Below are positions 37,975-49,600 of a stretch of 64,000 bases of DNA, piece by piece. Below the pieces are notes generated by a model. It did not search any database and had not been told where the DNA came from. It saw nothing but the letters and a program-made list of their open reading frames with translations. The stretch's first letter is position 1. The number at the start of each line of letters is the position of its first letter. Made by a program: the position numbers and the translations under genes. Source of the DNA: Eledone cirrhosa (Eukaryota); contig OZ024742.1 of NCBI GenBank assembly GCA_964016885.1, positions 348,626,001 to 348,690,000 of the forward strand. Direction: 5' to 3'.

Positions 37975-40900
37975 GGACAGTTAAGTTGTTCTACTCAGGT
38001 GTAGTTGAACAGTTAAGGTGATCTATTCAGGTGTAGTTGGACAGTTAAGGTGTTCTACTCAGGTGTCGTTGAACAGTTAAGGTGTTCTACTCAGGTATAG
38101 TTGGACAGTTAAGGTGTTCTATTCAGGTGTGGTTGGACAGTTCAGGTGTTCTACTCATGTGTGGTTGAACAGTTAAGGTGTTCTATTCAGGTGTAGTTGG
38201 ACAGTTAAGGTGTTCTACTCAGGTGTGGGTGAACAGTTAAGGTGTTCTACTCAGGTGTAGTTGGACAGTTAAGGTGTTCTATTGAGGTGTGGTTGAACAG
38301 TTAAGGTGTTCTACTGATGTGTGGTTGGACAGTTAAGGTGTTCTTCTCAGGTGTAGTTGAACAGTTAAGGTGTGGTGTTCTACTCAGGTGTAGTTGGACA
38401 GTTAAGTTGTTCTATTCAGGTGTGGTTGAACAGTTAAGGTGTTCTACTGATGTGTGGTTGGATAGTTAAGGTGTTCTACTAAGGTGTTGTTGAACAGTTA
38501 AGGTGTTCTATTCAGGTGTAGTTGGACAATTAAGGTGTTCTACTCAGGTGTGGTTGAACAGTTAAGGTGTTCTACTCAGGTGTAGTTGGACAGTTAAGGT
38601 GTTCTACTCAGGTGTAGTTGGACAGTTAAGGTGTTCTACTCAGGTGTGGTTGAACAGTTAATGTGTTCTACTCAGTTGTAGTTGGACAGTTAAGGTGTTC
38701 TATTCAGGTGTGGTTGAACAGTTAAGGTGTTCTACTGATGTGTGGTTGGACAGTTTAGGTGTTATTCTCAGCTGTAGTTGAACAGTTAAGGTGTTCTACT
38801 CAGGTGTAGTTGGACAGTTAATGTGTTCTACTGATGTGTGGTTGGACAGTTAATGTGTTCTACTAAGGTGTAGTTGAAAAGTTAAGGTGTTCTATTCAGG
38901 TGTAGTTGGACAGTTAAGGTGTTCTACTCAGGTGTGGTTGAACAGTTAAGGTGTTCTACTCAGGTGTAGTTGGACAGTTAAGGTGTTCTATTCAGGTGTC
39001 GTTGGACAGTTAAGGTGTACTACTCATGTGTTTGAACAGTTAAGGTGTTCTACTCAGGTGTGGTTGGACAGTTAAGGTGTTCTACTCAGGTGTGGTTGGA
39101 CAGTTAAGATGTTCTACTCAGGTGTAGGTGAACAGCTAAGGTGTTCTATTCATGTGTAGTTGGACAATTAAGGTGTTCTACTCAGGTGTGGTTGGACAGT
39201 TAAGGTGTAGTACTCAGGTGTGGTTGAACAGTTAATGTGTTCTACTCAGGTGTAGTTGGACATTTAAAGTGTTCTATTGAGGTGTGGTTGAACAGTTAAG
39301 GTGTTCTACTGATGTGTGGTTGGACAGTTAAGGTGTTCTTCTCAGGTGTAGTTGAACAGTTAAGGTGTGGTGTTCTACTCAGGTGTAGTTGGACAGTTAA
39401 GGTGTTCTATTCAGGTGTGGTTGAACAGTTAAGGTGTTCTACTGATGTGTGGTTGGATAGTTAAGGTGTTCTACTAAGGTGTAGTTGAACAGTTAAGGTT
39501 TTCTATTCAGGTGTAGTTGGACATTTAAGGTGTTCTACTCAGGTGTGGTTGAACAGTTAAGGTGTTCTACTCAGGTGTAGTTGGACAGTTAAGGTGTTCT
39601 ACTCAGGTGTAGTTGAACAGTTAAGGTGTTCTATTCAGGTGTAGTTGGACAATTAAGGTGTTCTACTCAGGTGTGGTTGAACAGTTAAGGTGTTCTACTA
39701 AGGTGTGGTTGGACAGTTAAGGTGTTCTACTGATATGTGGTTGTTTATTTAAAGTGTGCTACTCAGGTGAAGTTGGACATTTAAGGTGTTCTATTCAGGT
39801 GTAGTTGGACAGTTAAGGTGTTCTACTCAGGTGTGGTTGAACAGTTAATGTGTTCTACTCAGGTGTAGTTGGACAGTTAAGGTGTTCTATTCAGGGGTGG
39901 TTGAACAGTTAAGGTGTTCTACTGATGTGTGGTTGGACAGGTAAGGTGTTCTACTCACGTGTAGCTGAACAGTTAAGGTGTTCTATTCAGGTGTAGTTGG
40001 ACAGTTAAGGTGTTCTACTCAGGAGTGGTTGAACAGTTAAGGTGTTCTACTCAGGTGTAGTTGAACAGTTAAGGTGTTCTACTCAGGTGTGGTTGGACAG
40101 TTAAGGTATTCTACTCAGGTGTGGTTGAACAGTTAATGTGTTCTACTCAGGTGTAGTTGGACAGTTAAGGTGTTCTATTCAGGTGTGGTTGAACAGTTAA
40201 GGTGTTCTACTGATGTGTGGTTGGACAGTTAAGGTGTTCTACTCAGGTGTAGTTGAACAGTTAAGGTGTTCTATTCAGGTGTAGTTGGACAGTTAAGGTG
40301 TTCTACTCAGGAGTGGTTGAACAGTTAAGATGTTCTACTCAGGTGTAGTTGGACAGTTAAGGTGTTCTATTGAGGTGTGGTTGAACAGTTAAGGTGTCCT
40401 ACTGATGTGTGGTTGGACAGTTAAGGTGTACTACTCAGGTGTCGTTGAACAGTTAAGGTGTTCTACTCAGGTGTAGTTGGACAGTTAAGGTGTTCTATTC
40501 AGGTGTCGTTGGACAGTTAAGGTGTACTACTCATGTGTTTGAACAGTTAAGGTGTTCTACTCAGGTGTGGTTGGACAGTTAAGGTGTTCTACTCAGGTGT
40601 GGTTGGACAGTTACGGTGTTCTACTCAGGTGTAGGTGAACAGCTAAGGTGTTCTATTCATGTGTAGTTGGACAGTTAAGGTGTTCTACTCAGGTGTGGTT
40701 GGACAGTTAAGGTATAGTACTCAGGTGTGGTTGAACAGTTAATGTGTTCTACTCAGGTGTAGTTGGACAGTTAAAGTGTTCTATTGAGGTGTGGTTGAAC
40801 AGTTAAGGTGTTCTACTGATGTGTGGTTGGACAGTTAAGGTGTTCTTCTCAGGTGTAGTTGAACAGTTAAGGTGTGGTGTTCTACTCAGGTGTAGTTGGA

Positions 40901-43900
40901 CAGTTAAGGTGTTCTATTCAGGTGTGGTTGAACAGTTAAGGTGTTCTACTGATGTGTGGTTGGATAGTTAAGGTGTTCTACTAAGGTGTAGTTGAACAGT
41001 TAAGGTTTTCTATTCAGGTGTAGTTGGACAATTAAGGTGTTCTACTCAGGTGTGGTTGAACAGTTAAGGTGTTCTACTCAGGTGTAGTTGGACAGTTAAG
41101 GTGTTCTACTCAGGTGTAGTTGAACAGTTAAGGTGTTCTATTCAGGTGTAGTTGGACAATTAAGGTGTTCTACTCAGGTGTGGTTGAACAGTTAAGGTGT
41201 TCTACTAAGGTGTGGTTGGACAGTTAAGGTGTTCTACTGATATGTGGTTGGTTATTTAAAGTGTGCTACTCAGGTGAAGTTGGACATTTAAGGTGTTCTA
41301 TTCAGGTGTAGTTGGACAGTTAAGGTGTTCTACTCAGGTGTGGTTGAACAGTTAATGTGTTCTACTCAGGTGTAGTTGGACAGTTAAGGTGTTCTATTCA
41401 GGTGTGGCTGAACAGTTAAGGTGTTCTACTGATGTGTGGCTGGACAGTTAAGGTGTTCTACTCACGTGTAGTTGAACAGTTAAGGTGTTCTATTCAGGTG
41501 TAGTTGGACAGTTAAGGTGTTCTACTCAGGAGTGGTTGAACAGTTAAGGTGTTCTACTCAGGTGTAGTTGGACAGTTAAGGTGTTCTATTGAGGTGTGGT
41601 TGAGCAGATAAGGTGTTCTACTGATGTGTGGTTGGACAGTTAAGGTGTTCTTCTCAGGTGTAGTTGAACAGTTAAGGTGTTCTACTCAGGTGTAGTTGGA
41701 CACTTAAGGTGTTCAACTCAGGTGTAGTTGGACAGTTAAGGTGTTCTCCTCAGGTGTGATTGGACAGTTAAGGTTTTCTACTGATGTGTGGTTGGTTAGT
41801 TAAATTGTTCTATTCAGGTGCAGTTGGACAGTTAAGGTGTTCTACTCAAGTGTAGTTGGTCAGTTAAGGTGTTCTACTCAGGTGTAGTTGGACAGTTAAG
41901 GTGTTCTACTCAGGTGTGATTGGACAGTTAAGGTGTTCTACTGATGTGTGGTTGGTTAGTTAAGGTGTTCTACTCAGGTGTAGTTGGACATTTAAGGTGT
42001 TCTATTCAGGTGTAGTTGGACAGTTAAGGTGTTCTACTGATGTGTGTTTGAACAGTTAAGGTGTTCTAATCAGGTGTGGTTGGACAGTTAAGGTGTTCTA
42101 CTCATGTGTAGTTGAACAGTTAAGGTGTTCTATTCAGGTGTAGTTCAACAGTTAAGGTGTTCTATTCAGGTGTGGTTGGTTAGTTAAGGTGGTCTACTCA
42201 GGTGTGGTTGGTTAGTTAAGGTGGTCTACTCAGGTGTAGATGGACAGTTAAGGTGTTCTACTCAGGTGTGATTGGTTAGTTAAGGTGGTCTACTGAGGTG
42301 TAGATGGACAGTTAAGGTGTTCTACTCAGGTGTGGTTGGACAGTTAAGGTGTTCTACTCATGTGTGGTTGAACAGTTAAGGTGTTCTACTCATGTGTAGT
42401 TGAACAGTTAATTTGTTCTACTCAGGTGTGGTTGAACAGTTAATGTGTTCTACTCAGGTGTAGTTGGACAGTTAAGGTGTTCTATTGAGGTGTGGTTGAA
42501 CAGTTAAGGTGTTCTACTGATGTGTGGTTGGACAGTTAAGGTGTTCTTCTCAGGTGTAGTTGAACAGTTAAGGTGTTCTACTCAGGTGTAGTTGGACAGT
42601 TAAGGTGTTCTACTCAGGTGTAGGTGAACAGTTAAGGTGTTCTACTGATGTGTGGTTGGTTAGTTAAGGTGTTCTACTCAGGTGTAGTTGGACATTTAAG
42701 GTGTTCTATTCAGGTGTAGTTGGACAGTTAAGGTGTTCTACTCAGGTGTGGTTGAACAGTTAAGGTGTTCTACTCAGGTGTAGTTGAACAGTTAAAGTGT
42801 TCTACTCAGGTGTGGTTGGACAGTTAAGGTGTTCTACTCAGGTGTGGTTGAACAGTTAATGTGTTCTACTTAGGTGTAGTTGAACAGTTAAGGTGTTCTA
42901 CTCAGGTGTGGTTGGTTAGTTAAGGTGGTCTACTCAGGTGTAGATGGACAGTTAAGGTGTTCTACTCAGGTGTGATTGGTTAGTTAAGGTGGTCTACTCA
43001 GGTGTGGTTGAACAGTTAAGGTGTTCTACTCAGGTGTAGTTGAACAGTTAAAGTGTTCTACTCAGGTGTGGTTGGACAGTTAAGTTGTTCTACTCAGGTG
43101 TAGTTGAACAGTTAAGGTGATCTATTCAGGTGTAGTTGGACAGTTAAGGTGTTCTACTCAGGTGTCGTTGAACAGTTAAGGTGTTCTACTCAGGTATAGT
43201 TGGACAGTTAAGGTGTTCTATTCAGGTGTGGTTGGACAGTTCAGGTGTTCTACTCATGTGTGGTTGAACAGTTAAGGTGTTCTATTCAGGTGTAGTTGGA
43301 CAGTTAAGGTGTTCTACTCAGGTGTGGGTGAACAGTTAAGGTGTTCTACTCAGGTGTAGTTGGACAGTTAAGGTGTTCTATTGAGGTGTGGTTGAACAGT
43401 TAAGGTGTTCTACTGATGTGTGGTTGGACAGTTAAGGTGTTCTTCTCAGGTGTAGTTGAACAGTTAAGGTGTGGTGTTCTACTCAGGTGTAGTTGGACAG
43501 TTAAGTTGTTCTATTCAGGTGTGGCTGAACAGTTAAGGTGTTCTACTGATGTGTGGTTGGATAGTTAAGGTGTTCTACTAAGGTGTTGTTGAACAGTTAA
43601 GGTGTTCTATTCAGGTGTAGTTGGACAATTAAGGTGTTCTACTCAGGTGTGGTTGAACAGTTAAGGTGTTCTACTCAGGTGTAGTTGGACAGTTAAGGTG
43701 TTCTACTCAGGTGTAGTTGGACAGTTAAGGTGTTCTACTCAGGTGTGGTTGAACAGTTAATGTGTTCTACTCAGTTGTAGTTGGACAGTTAAGGTGTTCT
43801 ATTCAGGTGTGGTTGAACAGTTAAGGTGTTCTACTGATGTGTGGTTGGACAGTTTAGGTGTTATTCTCAGCTGTAGTTGAACAGTTAAGGTGTTCTACTC

Positions 43901-45130
43901 AGGTGTAGTTGGACAGTTAATGTGTTCTACTGATGTGTGGTTGGACAGTTAATGTGTTCTACTAAGGTGTAGTTGAAAAGTTAAGGTGTTCTATTCAGGT
44001 GTAGTTGGACAGTTAAGGTGTTCTACTCAGGTGTGGTTGAACAGTTAAGGTGTTCTACTCAGGTGTAGTTGGACAGTTAAGGTGTTCTATTCAGGTGTCG
44101 TTGGACAGTTAAGGTGTACTACTCATGTGTTTGAACAGTTAAGGTGTTCTACTCAGGTGTGGTTGGACAGTTAAGGTGTTCTACTCAGGTGTGGTTGGAC
44201 AGTTAAGGTGTTCTACTCAGGTGTAGGTGAACAGCTAAGGTGTTCTATTCATGTGTAGTTGGACAATTAAGGTGTTCTACTCAGGTGTGGTTGGACAGTT
44301 AAGGTGTAGTACTCAGGTGTGGTTGAACAGTTAATGTGTTCTACTCAGGTGTAGTTGGACATTTAAAGTGTTCTATTGAGGTGTGGTTGAACAGTTAAGG
44401 TGTTCTACTGATGTGTGGTTGGACAGTTAAGGTGTTCTTCTCAGGTGTAGTTGAACAGTTAAGGTGTGGTGTTCTACTCAGGTGTAGTTGGACAGTTAAG
44501 GTGTTCTATTCAGGTGTGGTTGAACAGTTAAGGTGTTCTACTGATGTGTGGTTGGATAGTTAAGGTGTTCTACTAAGGTGTAGTTGAACAGTTAAGGTTT
44601 TCTATTCAGGTGTAGTTGGACAATTAAGGTGTTCTACTCAGGTGTGGTTGAACAGTTAAGGTGTTCTACTCAGATGTAGTTGGACAGTTAAGGTGTTCTA
44701 CTCAGGTGTAGTTGAACAGTTAAGGTGTTCTATTCAGGTGTAGTTGGACAATTAAGGTGTTCTACTCAGGTGTGGTTGAACAGTTAAGGTGTTCTACTAA
44801 GGTGTGGTTGGACAGTTAAGGTGTTCTACTGATATGTGGTTGTTTATTTAAAGTGTGCTACTCAGGTGAAGTTGGACATTTAAGGTGTTCTATTCAGGTG
44901 TAGTTGGACAGTTAAGGTGTTCTACTCAGGTGTGGTTGAACAGCTAATGTGTTCTACTCAGGTGTAGTTGGACAGTTAAGGTGTTCTATTCAGGTGTGGT
45001 TGAACAGTTAAGGTGTTCTACTGATGTGTGGTTGGACAGGTAAGGTGTTCTACTCACGTGTAGCTGAACAGTTAAGGTGTTCTATTCAGGTGTAGTTGGA
45101 CAGTTAAGGTGTTCTACTCAGGAGTGGTTG
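37975..45130 (+). repeat. Dispersed duplicate of a ~2-kb block (about 37975-40030 and 43075-45130), offset about 5099 bp
   Basis: AGTTTAGGTGTTATTCTCAGCTG occurs at 38752/43851. TTGTTTATTTAAAG and CACGTGTAGCTG also occur in both copies. Confidence 0.88.
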
Positions 45131-46619
45131 AACAGTTAAGGTGTTCTACTCAGGTGTAGTTGGACAGTTAAGGTGTTCTATTGAGGTGTGGTTGAGCAGT
45201 TAAGGTGTTCTACTGATGTGTGGTTGGACAGTTAAGGTGTTCTTCTCAGGTGTAGTTGAACAGTTAAGGTGTTCTACTCAGGTGTAGTTGGACAGTTAAG
45301 GTCTTCTACTGATGTGTTATTGGACAGTTAATGTGTTCTACTCAGGTGTAGGTGAACAGTTAAGGTGTTCTACTGATGTGTGGTTGGTTAGTTAAGGTGT
45401 TCTACTCAGGTGTAGTTGGACATTTAAGGTGTTCTATTCAGGTGTAGTTGGACAGTTAAGGTGTTCTACTCAGGTGTGGTTGAACAGTTAAGGTGTTCTA
45501 CTCAGGTGTAGTTGAACAGTTAAGGTGTTTTATTCAGGTGTAGTTGGACAGTTAAGGTGTTCTACTGATGTGTGGTTGGACAGTTAAGGTGTTCTACTCA
45601 GGTGTAGTTGAACAGTTAAGGTGATCTATTCAGGTGTAGTTGGACAGTTAAGGTGTTCTACTCAGGTGTCGTTGAACAGTTAAGGTGTTCTACTCAGGTG
45701 TAGTTGGACAGTTAAGGTGTTCTATTCAGGTGTGTTTGGACAGTTAAGGTATTCTACTCATGTGTGGTTGAACAGTTAAGGTGTTCTATTCAGGTGTAGT
45801 TGGATAATTAAGGTGTTCTACTCAGGTGTGGTTGAACAGTTAAGGTGTTCTACTCAGGTGTAGTTGGACAGTTAAGGTGTTCTATTGAGGTGTGGTTGAA
45901 CAGTTAAGGTGTTCTACTGATGTGTGGTTGGACAGTTAAGGTGTTCTTCTCAGGTGTAGTTGAACAGTTAAGGTGTTCTACTCAGGTGTAGTTGGACAGT
46001 TAAGGTGTTCTACTGATGTGTGGTTGGACAGTTAAGGTGTTCTACTAAGGTGTAGTTGAAAAGTTAAGGTGTTCTATTCAGGTGTAGTTGGACAGTTAAG
46101 GTGTTCTACTCAGGTGTGGTTGAACAGTTAAGGTGTTCTACTCAGGTGTAGTTGGACAGTTAAGGTGTTCTACTCAGGTGTAGTTGGACAGTTAAGGTGT
46201 TCTACTATGGTGTGGTTGGACAGTTAAGGTGTTCTACTGATATGTGGTTGGTTAGTTAAGGTGTGCTACTCAGGTGAAGTTGGACATTTAAGGTGTTCTA
46301 TTCAGGTGTAGTTGGACAGTTAATGTGTTCTATTCAGGTGTGGTTGAACAGTTAAGGTGTTCTATTCAGGTGTGGTTGGACAGTTAAAGTGGTCTACTCA
46401 GGTGTGGTTGGTTAGTTAAGGTGTTCTACTGAGGTGTAGTTGAACAGTTAAGTTGTTCTATTCAGGTGTAGTTGGACAGTTAAGGTGTTCTACTCAGGTG
46501 TAGTTGGACAGTTAGGTGTTCTACTGATGTGTGGTTGATTAGTTAAGGTGGTCTACTCAGGTGTAGTTGAACAGTTAAGGTGTTCTACTCAGCTGTCGTT
46601 GGACAGTTAAGGGTGTTCT

Positions 46620-49600
46620 ACTGAGGTGTAGTTGGGCAGTTAAGGTGTTCTCCTCAGGTGTGATTGGACAGTTAAGGTTTTCTACTGATGTGTGGTTGGT
46701 TAATTAAGTTGTTCTATTCAGGTGTAGTTGGACAGTTAAGGTGTTCTACTCAGGTGTAGTTGGTCAGTTAAGGTGTTCTACTCAGGTGTAGTTGGACAGT
46801 TAAGGTGTTCTACTCCGGTGTGATTGGACAGTTAAGGTGTTCTACTGATGTGTGGTTGGTTAGTTAAGGTGTTCTACTCAGGTGTAGTTGGACATTTAAG
46901 GTGTTCTATTCAGGTGTAGTTGGACAGTTAATGTGTTCTACCAATGTGTGGTTGAACAGTTAAGGTGTTCTAATCAGGTGTGGTTGGACAGTTAAGGTGT
47001 TCTACTCATGTGTAGTTGAACAGTTAAGGTGTTCTATTCAGGTGTAGTTCAACAGTTAAGGTGTTCTATTCAGGTGTGGTTGGTTAGTTAAGGTGGTCTA
47101 CTCTGGTGTGGTTGGTTAGTTAAGGTGGTCTACTCAGGTGTAGATGGACAGTTAAGGTGTTCTACTCAGGTGTGATTGCTTAGTTAAGGTGGTCTACTCA
47201 GGTGTAGATGGACAGTTAAGGTATTCTACTCAGGTGTGGTTTGACAGTTAAGGTATTCTACTCAGGTGTGGTTGGACAGTTAAGGTGTTCTACTCAGGTG
47301 TAGGTGAACAGTTAAGGTGTTCTACTGATGTGTGGTTGGTTAGTAAAGGTGTTCTACTCAGGTGTAGTTGGACATTTAAGGTGTTCTATTCAGGTGTAGT
47401 TGGACAGTTAAGGTGTTCTACTCAGGTGTGGTTGAACAGTTAAGGTGTTCTACTCAGGTGTAGTTGAACAGTTAAGGTGTTCTACTCAGGTGTGGCTGGA
47501 CAGTTAAGGTGTTCTACTCAGGTGTGGTTGAACAGTTAATGTGTTCTACTCAGGTGTCGTTGGACAGTTAAGGTGTTCTATTCAGGTGTGGTTGAACAGT
47601 TAAAGTGTTCTACTGATGTGTGGTTGGACAGTTAAGGTGTTCTACTGATGTGTGGTTGGTTAGTAAAGGTGTTCTACTCAGGTGTAGTTGGACATTTAAG
47701 GTGTTCTACTCAGGTGTAGTTGAACAGTTAAGGTGATCTATTCAGGTGTAGTTGGACAGTTAAGGTGTTCTACTCAGGTGTCGTTGAACAGTTAAGGTGT
47801 TCTACTCAGGTGTAGTTGGACAGTTAAGGTGTTCTATTCAGGTGTAGGTGAACAGTTAAGGTGTTCTACTCAGGTGTGGTTGGAGAGTTAAGGTGTTCTA
47901 TTCAGGTGTGGTTGAACAGTTAAGGTGTTCTACTGATGTGTGGTTGGACAGGTAAGGTGTTCTACTCAGGTGTAGTTGAACAGTTAAGGTGTTCTACTCA
48001 GGTGTAGTTGGACAGTTAAGGTGTTCTATTCAGTTTTGGTTGAACAGTTAAGCTGTTCTACTCAGGTGTAGATGGACAGTTAAGGTGTTCTACTCAGGTG
48101 TAGTTGGACAGTTAACGTGTTCTACTGGTGTGTGGTTGGTTAGTTAAGGTGTTCTACTCAGGTGTAGTTGGACATTTAAGGTGTTCTACTCAGGTGTGGT
48201 TGAACAGTTAAGGTATTCTACTCAGGTGTAGTTGGACAGATAAGGTGTTCTATTCAGGTGTGGTTGAACAGTTAAGATGTTCTACTCAGGTGTGGTTGGA
48301 CAGTGAAGGTGTTCTACTCAGGTGTAGTTGAACAGTTAAGGTGTTCTACTCAGGTGTGGTTGGTTAGTTAAGGTGTTCTACGCAGGTGTGGTTGGACAGT
48401 TAAGGTGTTCTATTCAGGTGTAGTTGGACAGTTAAGGTGTTCTACTCAGGTGTCGTTGAACAGTTAAGGTGTTCTACTCAGGTGTAGTTGGACAGGTAAG
48501 GTGTTCTACTCAGGTGTAGTTGGACAGTTAAGGTGTTCTATTCAGGTTTGGTTGAACAGTTAAGGTGTTCTACTCATGTGTGGTTGATTAGTTAAGGTGG
48601 TCTACTCAGGTGTAGTTGAACAGTTAAGGTGTTCTACTCAGCTGTCGTTGGACAGTTAAGGTGTTCTACTGATGTGTGGTTGGTTATTTAAGGTGGTCTA
48701 CTCAGGTGTAGATGGACAGTTAAGGTTTTCTACTCAGGTGTAGATGGACAGTTAAGGTGTTCTACTCAGGTGTAGTTGGACAGTTAAGGTGTTCTACTCA
48801 GGTGTGGTTGGACAGCTAAGGTGTTCTACTCAGGTGTAGTTGGACAGTTAAGGTGTTCTACTCAGGTGTGGTTGGACAGGTAAGGTGTTCTACTCAGGTG
48901 TGGTTGAACAGTTAAGGTGTTCTACCGATGTGTGGTTGGTTAGTTAAGGTGTTCTACTCAGGTGTAGTTGGACACTTAAGGTGTTCTACTGAGGTGTAGT
49001 TGGGCAGTTAAGGTGTTCTCCTCAGGTGTGATTGGACAGTTAAGGTTTTCTACTGATGTGTGGTTGGTTAATTAAGTTGTTCTATTCAGGTGTAGTTGGA
49101 CAGTTAAGGTTTTCTACTCAGGTGTAGTTGGTCAGTTAAGGTGTTCTACTCAGGTGTAGTTGGACAGTTAAGGTGTTCTACTCCGGTGTGATTGGACAGT
49201 TAAGGTGTTCTACTGATGTGTGGTTGGTTAGTTAAGGTGTTCTACTCAGGTGTAGTTGGACATTTAAGGTGTTCTATTCAGGTGTAGTTGGACAGTTAAT
49301 GTGTACTACCGATGTGTGGTTGAACAGTTAAGGTGTTCTAATCAGGTGTGGTTGGACAGTTAAGGTGTTCTACTCATGTGTAGTTGAACAGTTAAGGTGT
49401 TCTATTCAGGTGTAGTTCAACAGTTAAGGTGTTCTATTCAGGTGTGGTTGGTTAGTTAAGGTGGTCTACTCTGGTGTGGTTGGTTAGTTAAGGTGGTCTA
49501 CTCAGGTGTAGATGGACAGTTAAGGTGTTCTACTCAGGTGTGATTGCTTAGTTAAGGTGGTCTACTCAGGTGTAGATGGACAGTTAAGGTATTCTACTCA

